Shown piece after piece: positions 1-9,704 of a stretch of DNA of 64,000 bases. Within the stretch, counting starts at the first letter, position 1; each line of letters starts with the position of its first letter. Made by a program: the position numbers and the translations under genes. The notes under the pieces were generated by a model. That model was given only the letters and a program-made list of their open reading frames with translations. It searched no databases and was not told the DNA's origin. This DNA is from Bacteroidetes bacterium GWF2_33_38 (GTDB taxonomy: Bacteria; Bacteroidota; Bacteroidia; Bacteroidales; GWF2-33-38), in assembly GCA_001769505.1 (NCBI GenBank), contig MEOF01000050.1:8962-72961 (forward strand). The letters are read 5' to 3'.

Positions 1-160
1 TAACAATTTTAAACTTATTCATACAAGCCTCTCCTGTTTCAAAAGAATAGACTTTAATCTGCATTTCTTCAAAATTGCTATTGATATTGCTTTTCATTGC
101 TGCCGTAAATACATTATTGTCCTCGACAATAAAAATATTGATTGGTTTTTTCGGTTTCAT
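1..160 (-). CDS. Response regulator receiver protein, truncated by window edge; third paralog of the tandem REC array
   Basis: Manual translation from ATG at 160: MKPKKPINIFIVEDNNVFTAAMKSNINSNFEEMQIKVYSFETGEACMNKFKIV..., collinear with the N-termini of 208..732 and 764..1237. Confidence 0.85.
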   Translation of the reverse strand, partial: MKPKKPINIFIVEDNNVFTAAMKSNINSNFEEMQIKVYSFETGEACMNKFKIV

Positions 161-207
161 TTATTTATTTTTTTCGTGTTAATACTAATTGTAAAATCAT
201 GTTTTTT

Positions 208-732
208 TTAATTAAAAAACGCTGGTTCAAATATTTGAATTGCGACAACAACTCCAATTAAAAATGAAATCCCAAACAACAATCCAATTACCATATTCTG
301 ATATCTTTTTGCCGCTTTTTTAGCTTCCATTATTTTAAAAAAATTGAATAATGAAAAAACAAGTTTTCGAAGTTTGGTATCTGTTTTAACAATATAATCA
401 GAAGCTCCATGTTGAAAAGATTTGAGAGCAATATTAATATTATCGTCTCCTGTCAACATTATCACATACGTTTCTGGATTTTCTTTTTTCAACCAATCTA
501 AAACTTTAATACCATCAGCAGCATCTGTGAATTTACTATTTAAATGATAATCAAGAATTACTATTTGTGGTTTTATATCTTTAAACGTATTCATACAAGA
601 CTCTCCTGTTTCAAAAGTGTGAATTTCGATAGACATTTTGGGAAAGGTGTTTTCAATATCGGCACTTAAAGCCATAGAAAAAACTTTATTGTCATCAACA
701 ATGAATACATTTATTTTTTTGTTCGATTTCAT
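208..732 (-). CDS. Response regulator receiver protein with C-terminal transmembrane helix
   Basis: REC motifs FIVDD, ILDYHL, MLT, GASDYIVK; hydrophobic tail MVIGLLFGISFLIGVVVAIQIF. Confidence 0.85.
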   Translation of the reverse strand: MKSNKKINVFIVDDNKVFSMALSADIENTFPKMSIEIHTFETGESCMNTFKDIKPQIVILDYHLNSKFTDAADGIKVLDWLKKENPETYVIMLTGDDNINIALKSFQHGASDYIVKTDTKLRKLVFSLFNFFKIMEAKKAAKRYQNMVIGLLFGISFLIGVVVAIQIFEPAFFN

Positions 733-763
733 TTTTTGAGTTTTAGTAATATTATTTTAGGGG

Positions 764-1237
764 TTAATTTTTAGAGTTTTCTCTGTATTCTTTAAGTTTA
801 CTTAGATATTTTTCAGAATTATTTTTTGCTTGAATTATTTTGAAAAAATTGAGTAGTGAAAAGTTGATTTTTTTAAATTGTGTGTGGTTCTTAACAACGT
901 AATCTGAAGCTCCGTGATGAAAAGATTTAATTGCAATATCAACATGATCATCTCTCGTTAGCATAACAACTAAGGTTTCTTTGTTTTTGTTTATTATCCA
1001 ATCTAAAACTTTAATTCCATCTAATGCATTCCAATCTTTACTATTTAAATGATAATCAAGAATTACTATTTGTGGTTTTTCTTCATTAAATTTTTCCATG
1101 CTCAACTCGCCTGTAGTAAATGAATGCACTGATAACTGCATATTTGCAAAAACGGTTTCAATTTCTGATTTTAGGGCAAGGGCAAATACGTCATTATCTT
1201 CAATAATGAATATTGTAATTTTCGTTTTTGTATCCAT
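764..1237 (-). CDS. Stand-alone response regulator receiver protein
   Basis: FIIED, ILDYHL, MLT, GASDYVVK; no recognisable output domain. Confidence 0.88.
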   Translation of the reverse strand: MDTKTKITIFIIEDNDVFALALKSEIETVFANMQLSVHSFTTGELSMEKFNEEKPQIVILDYHLNSKDWNALDGIKVLDWIINKNKETLVVMLTRDDHVDIAIKSFHHGASDYVVKNHTQFKKINFSLLNFFKIIQAKNNSEKYLSKLKEYRENSKN

Positions 1238-1248
1238 TTTTTCTCGTT

Positions 1249-1614
1249 TTATATATATTTAACTCTCTCGGTTTTAATTTCTGAAATGGCTTGTTTACAC
1301 ATCAATTCAAGTGTTGTATTTAATTCAGTAATTCTTTCAATATTTATAGCTTTTTCTGCTAGTTCTTCCATTTCTTTTAAAATGGGTGTGAGTAATGTAA
1401 TATTCACAACCGAAACAGTTGATTTCATGGTGTGTGTATAATTTTTAACAGTTGCAAAATCTTTGTTGATAATTGCTTGATTAATTAATTCAAGCTCTTC
1501 AGAAACTTGTTTTAGAAAAACATCTATAATTTCAATTATCAAATGTTTTTTGCCATTTACCATTTCTGATAAATATTCTAAATTGCACAACTTTTCGTTT
1601 TCTTGTTTTATCAT
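1249..1614 (-). CDS. Hpt (histidine phosphotransfer) protein
   Basis: Helical 121 aa with HTMKST motif; lies between the hybrid kinase and REC genes. Confidence 0.85.
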   Translation of the reverse strand: MIKQENEKLCNLEYLSEMVNGKKHLIIEIIDVFLKQVSEELELINQAIINKDFATVKNYTHTMKSTVSVVNITLLTPILKEMEELAEKAINIERITELNTTLELMCKQAISEIKTERVKYI

Positions 1615-1644
1615 TTTTTTAAGTTTAGGAAAATTGTTGTTTTT

Positions 1645-1682
1645 TATCTTCTGACTTCTGTATTCTGAATTCTGACTTCTTT
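1645..1682. repeat. Intergenic heptamer repeat patch (module A)
   Basis: cttctgacttctgtattctgaattctgacttct; same unit at ~23821, ~25054 and ~46286. Confidence 0.75.
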
Positions 1683-1683
1683 C

Positions 1684-4239
1684 TTATACCTTCCCCACAG
1701 TTAATTCATTAATTTTTTCAAAAAGAAGCATCGAATTTATTGGTTTAGAAATATAATCGTTCATTCCTAAATTCAAACAATGTTCTCTTTCGCCCGACAT
1801 TGCGTGGGCGGTCATTGCAATAATTGGAATATTGTTTTTTAGTTCTTTACGAATTACTTTTGCTGCTTCATATCCAGTCATAACAGGCATTTCCATATCC
1901 ATTAATATGATGTCGAAATTATTTTCTTTGAGTTTTTCAATTCCTAAAAGTCCATTTTCGGCAATTTGAAATGTTAAATTATTTTCGGAAAACAAACAGT
2001 TTATTAGTTTAATATTCAGCAAATTATCTTCAACTAAAAGAATATTTAATTTGCATAAATCTTTCATATCGAATTCGGCAGTAGTTGTATCTAACGTGAG
2101 TTGATTTATGCTTGCTTTTTTGTATGAAATTGTGAATGAAAATACCGACCCAACATTCAATTTACTTTCAACCGAAATTGTTCCGCCTTGAAGTTCAACC
2201 AACTGTTGTGCAATGCTCAAACCTAAGCCTGTTCCGCCATACAAACGTGTTGTTTGTTTCTCGGCTTGACTAAAACGTTCGAAAATTTTCTTGAGTTTAT
2301 CTTCTGCAATTCCTATTCCGGTGTCGCTAATGGTAAATTCCAGCATTACATTTTCGGCATCGCTTTTTAGAGTTTTTACATTCAAATGAACATTCCCTTT
2401 TTCGGTAAATTTTATCGCATTTCCTACTAGATTTATGATAATTTGAGTTAATCGTGTGTGGTCACCAAGCACAACATTTGGAACATTTTCATCAGAGGTA
2501 AAAATCAGTTCAATATTTTTGGCTTTTGCTTTTTCCATCAACAAAATATTTAGCGATTTTAACGTTTCACTAATGCTAAAAACGTCTTTCATAAAAGTCA
2601 TCATTCCCGCTTCAATCTTCGAAATATCGAGAATATCGTTGATAATTACCAATAGATTTTCTCCTGCCGATTTTATGGTTTTTGCATAATCTTTTACTTC
2701 GTCGTCAAGTTGTCTTGCTGAAAGCAAATCTGAAAATCCAATAATTGCATTCATTGGCGTACGAATTTCATGGCTCATATTTGCCAAAAACGCTTCTTTC
2801 AATTTGTTCGATTGTTCAGCAATTTGAGTTGCTTCTTCGGCTTTACTTTTTGCTTCAATTAACTCATTTTCAAATATTTTCTGATTTGTAATATCTCTTG
2901 CAACCACAACCACGCCCAAAACTTTTCCTTTGTCGTCTTTGTAAACCGAACCGTTGAACAAAACTTCGGTAAGTTTTCCGTCAATATTTTGAATTGTAAG
3001 CGGAAAATCAACCATAGAACCTTTCGAAAACGTTGCTAGATAGCCTTCTTTGGCTTTTTTTGGTTCGGTGAAATAATCTAAAAAATACGTTCCTATAAGT
3101 TTTTCACGCAATTGACCTGTGATTTTTTCGCTTGCGTGGTTCAAATCCATAATTTTTCCGTCAGAATTTATGGTAAACAATGGGTCACGACTTGCTTCAA
3201 TCAAACTCAACGAATATTGCGACGCCAACTTTTCGATATTTCGTTTTGCCAAAAGCAAATGTTCTTTAAAATGTTTCACTCGCAAAATATCACGATAAAT
3301 AAAATATGAAATTATGATTGCTAAAATCAATCCCAATGCGGTAATCCAATTGCTTATGAAATTTATTTGCGAGTTTGTTTCGGCTGTTGCGATGTCAATT
3401 CTTTTAATTCGTTCGTGCAATTCAATGTCTTCCATTTCAGCTAAATGTGAAAAAAATTGATTCATAACTATGTATTCTTGTTGAGCTATTTCAATTTCTT
3501 TCGACATTTCGTGTCCTTCAATTCTATTTTCTTCTATTTGAGTTTGGTTTATAATTTTTTGAATATTGTCTTGAACTAAATCCGCCGTAACCGCAGGTAA
3601 AAGAACATTTACAATTTCTTTTTTATCTTTTTTTGATGAAAATAAACGAGCAAAAGCTGATTTTTTTTCAGGTTCAATTTCTGGTGTCGAATTTTGAATT
3701 AAAACGGGTTTATTAATTTGAATTTTTTGAAGCAATTTATTCAGCCCTGTTTGACTGCTGTCGCTTGTTTTGACGCTAATATATTGATTAAATAAGTCAA
3801 CTCTAATAGCAATTAATTTTCGTAAACTATCAATATTTTGAGTAAAAATTTGATTTGTTTTTTGTTCGTTTTTGGTAACAATTTTATTTTTTGTTGATAA
3901 CCAAAGCAACGTGTCTAATTGCGAATTTAAGTTCGAAATGTGATATTTGTAGGTTAGCAAATATGCCGTGTCGAGTCTAATTGTGTAGGCTTTCACGTTT
4001 GCTTCGGCACTATACAAACACGCCGAAATTTCTTTCAACGTTATAAGTCTGATGTTAGGTTCTAAAATAGTTGAAACCGTTTTCGAAAGTTGCGACAGTT
4101 TATCGTTCGTAATTTTTATGGTTACGATAAACAAAATTGCAATAACTGCAAATCCAATTAGCACTTTGAAAATAATTCGTCTATTATTTTCTCTATTTGT
4201 GTTGTCAGTATTTACCTGCTTTTGAATGGAATTTTCCAT
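1684..4239 (-). CDS. Membrane hybrid sensor histidine kinase (periplasmic sensor-PAS-HisKA-HATPase-REC)
   Basis: Two TM segments, PAS domain, H-box FLANMSHEIRTPMN, NLVGNAIKFT, DTGIG, GGTGLGL, REC with LMDMEMP. Confidence 0.95.
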   Translation of the reverse strand: MENSIQKQVNTDNTNRENNRRIIFKVLIGFAVIAILFIVTIKITNDKLSQLSKTVSTILEPNIRLITLKEISACLYSAEANVKAYTIRLDTAYLLTYKYHISNLNSQLDTLLWLSTKNKIVTKNEQKTNQIFTQNIDSLRKLIAIRVDLFNQYISVKTSDSSQTGLNKLLQKIQINKPVLIQNSTPEIEPEKKSAFARLFSSKKDKKEIVNVLLPAVTADLVQDNIQKIINQTQIEENRIEGHEMSKEIEIAQQEYIVMNQFFSHLAEMEDIELHERIKRIDIATAETNSQINFISNWITALGLILAIIISYFIYRDILRVKHFKEHLLLAKRNIEKLASQYSLSLIEASRDPLFTINSDGKIMDLNHASEKITGQLREKLIGTYFLDYFTEPKKAKEGYLATFSKGSMVDFPLTIQNIDGKLTEVLFNGSVYKDDKGKVLGVVVVARDITNQKIFENELIEAKSKAEEATQIAEQSNKLKEAFLANMSHEIRTPMNAIIGFSDLLSARQLDDEVKDYAKTIKSAGENLLVIINDILDISKIEAGMMTFMKDVFSISETLKSLNILLMEKAKAKNIELIFTSDENVPNVVLGDHTRLTQIIINLVGNAIKFTEKGNVHLNVKTLKSDAENVMLEFTISDTGIGIAEDKLKKIFERFSQAEKQTTRLYGGTGLGLSIAQQLVELQGGTISVESKLNVGSVFSFTISYKKASINQLTLDTTTAEFDMKDLCKLNILLVEDNLLNIKLINCLFSENNLTFQIAENGLLGIEKLKENNFDIILMDMEMPVMTGYEAAKVIRKELKNNIPIIAMTAHAMSGEREHCLNLGMNDYISKPINSMLLFEKINELTVGKV

Positions 4240-4298
4240 TTTATTTGAGTTTTATTTTTGTAAATTTTGGTCAGAAGTGAAATAAATTTATTACAAAT

Positions 4299-4367
4299 CA
4301 AAGGTCAGCTCAAATTGACTGAAAAGCATTACATAAAATTGGAAATTAGTTGTAAAATTCACACATT
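4299..4367 (-). promoter_or_regulatory. Putative activator-dependent promoter, copy 1
   Basis: caaag at 4299, ttacata at 4329, ttgtaaa at 4350, attcacacatt at 4357; same spacing at 7956 and 8467. Confidence 0.6.
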
Positions 4368-4369
4368 GG

Positions 4370-4523
4370 AAAGTGAAAAACTAAAAGTGAAAAATATAAA
4401 AATGTGATAATTTGGTAATGTGCTGATGTGCTAATTGATTTTAGATTTTAAATTGCAGATTGCTAATTACTAATTGCTTTTCAACTTTATAAACTTTATG
4501 GACTTTAAGAACTTTACGACCTT
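4370..4523 (+). repeat. Composite short-period repeat element (modules E, B, C, D)
   Basis: aagtgaaaaactaaaagtgaaaaa / aatgtgataatttggtaatgtgctgatgtgct / attgcagattgctaattactaattg / tcaactttataaactttatggacttt; reverse complements at 23731-23864 and 46197-46353. Confidence 0.8.
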
Positions 4524-4551
4524 GCCAATTGGTCAAATAATTGCAGAATCG

Positions 4552-5724
4552 CTAATCTAATCTTACTCCGATTATTAAAATATCGTCAACTTGTTCTGCT
4601 CCGGCTTTCCATTTTTCAATATAATCGTTCAAGTGTTTTTCTTGCTGGCTCATGGTTTTATCTTGAATATCGATTAGGAGTTGTTTGAATCTTTTTGTTG
4701 TAATTTTTTTGAAAAATTCACCTCCAAACAAATCTGTAAAACCGTCGGAGAAAATGTAAATTGTGTCGTTTTTTTGTAACTGAATTTCGTGTTCTTCAAA
4801 AAAGGAAGAGTTATCGTTATCAAAACCACCTATTGCTTTTTTCGTTCCTTTAATTTCTTCGACTTCTTTTTGCCCATTACGAATAATCCAAAGCGGTCGG
4901 TTTGCTCCAGAAAATTTAATAATACGGTTTTCTTTGTCAATTGAGCAAAGAGCTATGTCCATCCCATCTTGGCTACGTTCGTAAAGTGAAGATTGGCTCA
5001 AGGCAGAGGAAATACTTTTATTTAGTTGCGTTAATACTTCCGATGGTTCTTTCGTTTTTAAAACTAGATTGTTTAATTTTTCAATACCAATCATGCTCAT
5101 TAGTGCTCCTGGAATTCCATGTCCTGTGCAATCAGCAGCTGCAACAAAAAAGATGTTTGCTTCTTTTTTGAACCAATAAAAATCGCCGCTTAATACATCT
5201 TTTGGTTTATATATTCCAAAAGATTCGGGGAAAATTTCGTTAAATAATGATGTGTCGGGAAGCATTGCATTTTGAATTGTTTTTGCATAATTAATACTAT
5301 CCTTTATTTGCTTATGAACGATTTCTAGTTCATTATGTAATTGTTCTATTTTTTTCTTGCTAATTACGTTTTCAATTGCTGATGGAAGACGAAGAAGATT
5401 ATCTTTCAGAAAATAATCGTCAATACCATCTTTGGCATATTCGCTTAATGTTTTTTCAGATACTGTTCCGGTAAGTAGAATAAATGGGATATTTCTATTT
5501 GTAATTTTTGCAATTCTAAAAGCGTCCATTCCACTAAACTGTGGCAAAGTATGATCGGCAATTATAATATCATAAATATTATCTTTTAATGCTTTTATAA
5601 AGCCATCTTTACTCCAAACTCTAGAATGAACGAAATTTATTCCTTCTCTTTTCAAAAACCGTGTAAGTAAATCAGCATCTGTTTCAGAATCCTCTACTAG
5701 TAATATTTTTAAGTTATTTTTCAT
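4552..5724 (-). CDS. Response regulator with SpoIIE/PP2C (RsbU-like) phosphatase output
   Basis: REC plus SGDFYW, ADCTGHG, DGMD, FSDG, DDI; start placed at MKNNLK (ATG 5724), overlapping the upstream stop. Confidence 0.92.
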   Translation of the reverse strand: MKNNLKILLVEDSETDADLLTRFLKREGINFVHSRVWSKDGFIKALKDNIYDIIIADHTLPQFSGMDAFRIAKITNRNIPFILLTGTVSEKTLSEYAKDGIDDYFLKDNLLRLPSAIENVISKKKIEQLHNELEIVHKQIKDSINYAKTIQNAMLPDTSLFNEIFPESFGIYKPKDVLSGDFYWFKKEANIFFVAAADCTGHGIPGALMSMIGIEKLNNLVLKTKEPSEVLTQLNKSISSALSQSSLYERSQDGMDIALCSIDKENRIIKFSGANRPLWIIRNGQKEVEEIKGTKKAIGGFDNDNSSFFEEHEIQLQKNDTIYIFSDGFTDLFGGEFFKKITTKRFKQLLIDIQDKTMSQQEKHLNDYIEKWKAGAEQVDDILIIGVRLD

Positions 5725-6164
5725 TATTGTGGAGGTTGATTTGATATCATCCAATAAAAACTAAGATCTTTGATTGTTTGGAAAAAATTGTCGCTTTCAA
5801 CTGGTTTTACAATATAGCTATTTGCTCCAAGGCTGTAACATTTTTTTATATCGGGGTCTTCTTTTGACGATGTAAGTATAACTATCGGAATTGATTTGAG
5901 CATAGGATCTAATTTTAATTTTTCTAGGACTTCTGCTCCCGAGACTTTAGGCATTTTCAGATCTAATAAAATAAGCTTGATATGATTCTGCATATTCCTA
6001 GATGCATATGCTCCTTTGCAATACATAAAATCAAGAGCTTCTGCACCATCTTTCACATGAAAAATCGGATTCGATAGTCCACCTTTTTTAAGTGCACGCA
6101 TGGTAAGTGCGGCATCATCGATGTTGTCTTCTGCAAATAAAATTTCAAATTCTTCGTAATTCAT
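5724..6164 (-). CDS. Single-domain response regulator (Rcp1-like)
   Basis: FAEDN, LLDLKMP, ILTSS, LGANSYIVKP. Confidence 0.92.
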   Translation of the reverse strand: MNYEEFEILFAEDNIDDAALTMRALKKGGLSNPIFHVKDGAEALDFMYCKGAYASRNMQNHIKLILLDLKMPKVSGAEVLEKLKLDPMLKSIPIVILTSSKEDPDIKKCYSLGANSYIVKPVESDNFFQTIKDLSFYWMISNQPPQ

Positions 6165-6175
6165 GTTATCTTAAT

Positions 6176-7888
6176 TTAAGAGTTAATATTTGGTAAACTG
6201 AAATAAAAGCAAGTTCCTTCGTTTAATTTAGATTCTGCCCATACAGTTCCATTATGTCGATGTATTATTTTTTGAACAATAGCTAATCCAATGCCCGTTC
6301 CTTCAAACTCTTCCTGAGAATGCAAGCGTTGAAAAACGCCGAAAAGTTTATCGTAATATTGCATATCGAAGCCCGCTCCGTTATCTTTTATAAAGTAAAC
6401 AATAAGATTATTTTTAATATAAGACCCAATTTCAATTCGGATTTTTATATTGTGTTTTGAATATTTTACTGCATTCGATATTAGATTTACCCAAACTTGT
6501 TTAATTAATGCTTGTTGTCCCATTGCAGGAATAAGTTCTGGTATAATAAATTCAATTTTGTTAGTTTGATTAAGTAATTCTTCCTCTTTTACAGATTTTA
6601 CAAGCACAGTCATGTTTATTTCGGAATAAGCAGCGACTTTTTTTCCTAATCTTGAGAATGCTAATAAATCATCAATAAGATCGCCCATTTTTTTTGAATT
6701 TTTCATGATTGCATTAAGCGAACCAATTCCATCATCATTTAGTATTTCGGCATAATCTTCCTGTAAAATTTTAGCATATCCGTTGATGGCTCTCAGAGGT
6801 GCTCTTAAATCGTGCGAAACAGAATATGTAAAAGCCTCTAGTTCCTTATTCACAGCTATTAATTGTTCTTCGGCTTTTTTACGGTGGGTAATATCTGTCG
6901 AAACTGTGAAAATGCAAATAGTGTTGTTTACTTCTAGTAAAAGAACCGAATCAGAAGTCCATTTCAGTTCACCTTGTTTGGTTTGAATATTTGTTTCAAA
7001 ATCTTTTAAAATCGTTTTATCTTTCAAAAGTTCAATAATTTCTTCGCTATGCTTAGAATTGACAAATAAACTTAATTCTGCCGATGTTTTACCAATCACT
7101 TCATTCAATAACTTAAAGCCATAAAGTTGAAGAAAACTATCATTTGCATTAATTATTTTGCCATCGCTGAGGCTATTAATAAAAATAGATGCTGGATTAT
7201 GGTTAAATAAACTTGAAAAGAGGTCATTCGACTTTTTTAATTTTTGTGAAAATTTATTTTTAGATCTCTGATTGATTATAATGATAAATACAAATAATAA
7301 AATTAAACCAATTATAACAACGATTGTTAATGATAAAAAGTTTGCATTTTCATTACTGTTTATATTCTTCTTTTTTCTTTCTAAAAGTAAATTAAGTTCT
7401 TCGTTGTTTATTTCATCAACTATTTTCCGAATATTGTCTGTAAGGATTTTACCTTTTCCATTTGCCATCAATTTTCCAGACTCGCTCAATCCATTCATCT
7501 TTCTAACCTCAATTGTGTGTTGGGTAAAAAGTAGTTTTTCTTTTGTAGCATTTTCCAATAATTTAATACGCAATTGTTGATTTGAATTGTCTTTTGTTAG
7601 CCTTGCTAATTCCTTTAAATCGTTTTTTAAAGTATAAACCGTATTATTAAATGGTTTTATAAAAAAATCATTTCCTGTTAGTATATACCCCCTAGAACCG
7701 CTTTCAATATTTAGAATATCTAAAAGGATATTGTCGCTTTTGCGAAGAATTTCTTGAGTATGATTTACTAATTTACTTGTCAATTTAACTTGTTGAGCAT
7801 TAAAATAATAAACAACTAATACCGCAATTAGAGCAACAGCAGAAATAGCAACAAGGATTATTATTTTCTTTTCTAAAAGGAATTTCAT
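6176..7888 (-). CDS. CHASE3-PAS sensor histidine kinase
   Basis: TM, CHASE3-like ESGSRGYILTG, TM, PAS, H-box YSVSHDLRAPLR, DNGAGF, GTGIGL. Confidence 0.93.
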   Translation of the reverse strand: MKFLLEKKIIILVAISAVALIAVLVVYYFNAQQVKLTSKLVNHTQEILRKSDNILLDILNIESGSRGYILTGNDFFIKPFNNTVYTLKNDLKELARLTKDNSNQQLRIKLLENATKEKLLFTQHTIEVRKMNGLSESGKLMANGKGKILTDNIRKIVDEINNEELNLLLERKKKNINSNENANFLSLTIVVIIGLILLFVFIIIINQRSKNKFSQKLKKSNDLFSSLFNHNPASIFINSLSDGKIINANDSFLQLYGFKLLNEVIGKTSAELSLFVNSKHSEEIIELLKDKTILKDFETNIQTKQGELKWTSDSVLLLEVNNTICIFTVSTDITHRKKAEEQLIAVNKELEAFTYSVSHDLRAPLRAINGYAKILQEDYAEILNDDGIGSLNAIMKNSKKMGDLIDDLLAFSRLGKKVAAYSEINMTVLVKSVKEEELLNQTNKIEFIIPELIPAMGQQALIKQVWVNLISNAVKYSKHNIKIRIEIGSYIKNNLIVYFIKDNGAGFDMQYYDKLFGVFQRLHSQEEFEGTGIGLAIVQKIIHRHNGTVWAESKLNEGTCFYFSLPNINS

Positions 7889-7955
7889 ATTGAAGATTAT
7901 TTAATGGTTCTTAATGAAAATAATTTCTTAATTTTTAAGTGTTTAAGAATTTAAG

Positions 7956-8024
7956 CAAAGTATGGTCAAATTTCAAAAAGTCATATTACACAACTTATTA
8001 AATAAGTTACATGATTCATACATT
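7956..8024 (-). promoter_or_regulatory. Putative activator-dependent promoter, copy 2
   Basis: caaag at 7956, ttacaca at 7986, ttacatg at 8007, attcatacatt at 8014. Confidence 0.6.
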
Positions 8025-8179
8025 AGGAAAAAGCGAAAATGCGACATCTGGAATATCTTTTTGTATACTAAATTTCAATAACTAGTCATATTTCAATACT
8101 CGGGCATCGAAAAAAGAGAGAAGGAAAATAAGCAATTTTTGGAATCATTTACTCCAAGAATGGACACGAATTATTCAAT

Positions 8180-8215
8180 AAAAAAAACTGATAGATATTT
8201 TGTTCTACCAGTTTT
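8180..8215 (-). terminator. Intrinsic terminator downstream of the CsbD-family gene
   Basis: Minus strand aaaactggtaga...tctatcagtttt followed by a T run. Confidence 0.65.
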
Positions 8216-8244
8216 GAAATATTAATTGAATTTAAATCTTTTGA

Positions 8245-8430
8245 TTAAAGAGCCTCGATAATTTTGTCCAATTCTTCTTTAGTTTTCCCCAGTTTAACTT
8301 GAATTTTTCCAATCATTTCATCTATCTTACCATCAAAAAACATCAAATCTTTGTCGGTTAGGATTGCAAATTGTTGTTTCAATTTACCTTTTTTCTGATT
8401 CCATTTTCCTTTTAATTCTACTGTGTTCAT
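8245..8430 (-). CDS. CsbD/YjbJ family stress protein
   Basis: KGKWNQKKGKLKQQFAILTD...GKIQVKLGKTKEE; start placed at MNTVEL (ATG 8430). Confidence 0.9.
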   Translation of the reverse strand: MNTVELKGKWNQKKGKLKQQFAILTDKDLMFFDGKIDEMIGKIQVKLGKTKEELDKIIEAL

Positions 8431-8466
8431 TGTTTTAAGTATTAATTGTGAAAAAATTTCCACCAT

Positions 8467-8535
8467 CAAAGTTTATATTAAAATAAATGGGAATAGTTAT
8501 ATTTTAACTTTATTAATTTACATTATTCACACATT
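8467..8535 (-). promoter_or_regulatory. Putative activator-dependent promoter, copy 3
   Basis: caaag at 8467, ttatatt at 8497, ttacatt at 8518, attcacacatt at 8525. Confidence 0.6.
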
Positions 8536-8603
8536 TTCAATATTTTACATCAAATAAAACTTCCAAAACAATTAAAAGATATTTATTCAGTTACCTTTAC
8601 TAT

Positions 8604-9284
8604 ATGATAAAAATGATTACAATTTTTTTGCTTCTACTTTTTCAGGTTGTAAACAATGCACGCGTTACAAAAATTGAAGTTGTAATTGCTGAAAATTCGG
8701 ATATTTATTCGGTTTTGAAATTATCAGAAATTGGTTTAAAAGCGGAAGTTTTTAATTATGCAATCAAAGGTTTGAAAAAACTCGAAACGAATGGAAAATT
8801 GCACAATTCTGATATAATTAGCATTGTTGATTATTCACAATCGAGCAACAAAAAACGCTTGTATGTTATTGATTTGAAAAACCAAAAACTTTTGTTCAAC
8901 ACTTACGTTGCTCACGGAAAAAATACAGGCGAAGAATTTGCTAAAAATTTCTCAAACGAAGAAGGTTCTTTAAAAAGTAGTTTAGGTTTTTATGTAACCG
9001 AACTTCCAATAATGGGTTCGCATACAGGATTTTCGCTTTTAATAAATGGTGTTGAACAAGGAGTTAATGACAATGCATTGAAACGTTCAATAATTGTTCA
9101 TTCTGCCGATTATGCAACCGAAACATTTATTCAAAAAAATGGTCGTTTAGGTCGAAGTTGGGGTTGCCCCGTATTGCCTCCCGATATGATTAAACCTGTG
9201 ATTGAAACCATAAAAGGTGGCACTTGTTTGTTTATTTATAATTTGAACGAAAATTATATTTGTAGTTCGAGTTTATTGAATTAA
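8604..9284 (+). CDS. Murein L,D-transpeptidase catalytic domain protein (YkuD_2 type)
   Basis: Signal peptide; VAHG, FSN..GS.KSSLG, IIVH...GRSWGCP. Confidence 0.88.
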   Translation: MIKMITIFLLLLFQVVNNARVTKIEVVIAENSDIYSVLKLSEIGLKAEVFNYAIKGLKKLETNGKLHNSDIISIVDYSQSSNKKRLYVIDLKNQKLLFNTYVAHGKNTGEEFAKNFSNEEGSLKSSLGFYVTELPIMGSHTGFSLLINGVEQGVNDNALKRSIIVHSADYATETFIQKNGRLGRSWGCPVLPPDMIKPVIETIKGGTCLFIYNLNENYICSSSLLN

Positions 9285-9454
9285 TTGGTTTTCAGATAAA
9301 ATATATATAACCCTGATTTAAAAAAAACGTCTATCATTGAATGCTAGCTTGTTTTTACTAAGCTAGTGTCGGGTGTTATCCGTTCAACAACATAATAATT
9401 CAGTATTAATTTCACTACTCATTTAAATCTTTTTTTACACGAATATAAATTAAT

Positions 9455-9704
9455 TGAGTAAATTTACTCATTGCATTGAGCAAATTGTTATATTTATGAA
9501 TTATAAAAGAGCATATTTAATATCACTTCGAGATAAAAACAGGGGCTATCAATAGTCGGAAACGTCCGGAAATAAAGGGGGCGCCCAAATTGGTGCCATT
9601 TTGAAAAAGGGCACAAATAGGGCACTTGAAACATTAAATAACTTGATAATTTATGAAAGGGTTAAAATAAAAAAGCCTCGCTTTCAATAAGATAGCGAGA
9701 CTTT
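9455..9704. mobile_element. Possible remnant end of an integrative element
   Basis: 16-bp palindrome tgagtaaatttactca (9455-9470); agggcac direct repeats at 9608 and 9619; hairpin 9672-9704; gene-free stretch near a tRNA 3' end; no integrase seen. Confidence 0.3.

Noticed and set aside
4370-4523. CRISPR array interpretation of the intergenic repeats
   Set aside because: Units are 7-9 nt, degenerate and tandem, with no unique spacers and no cas genes
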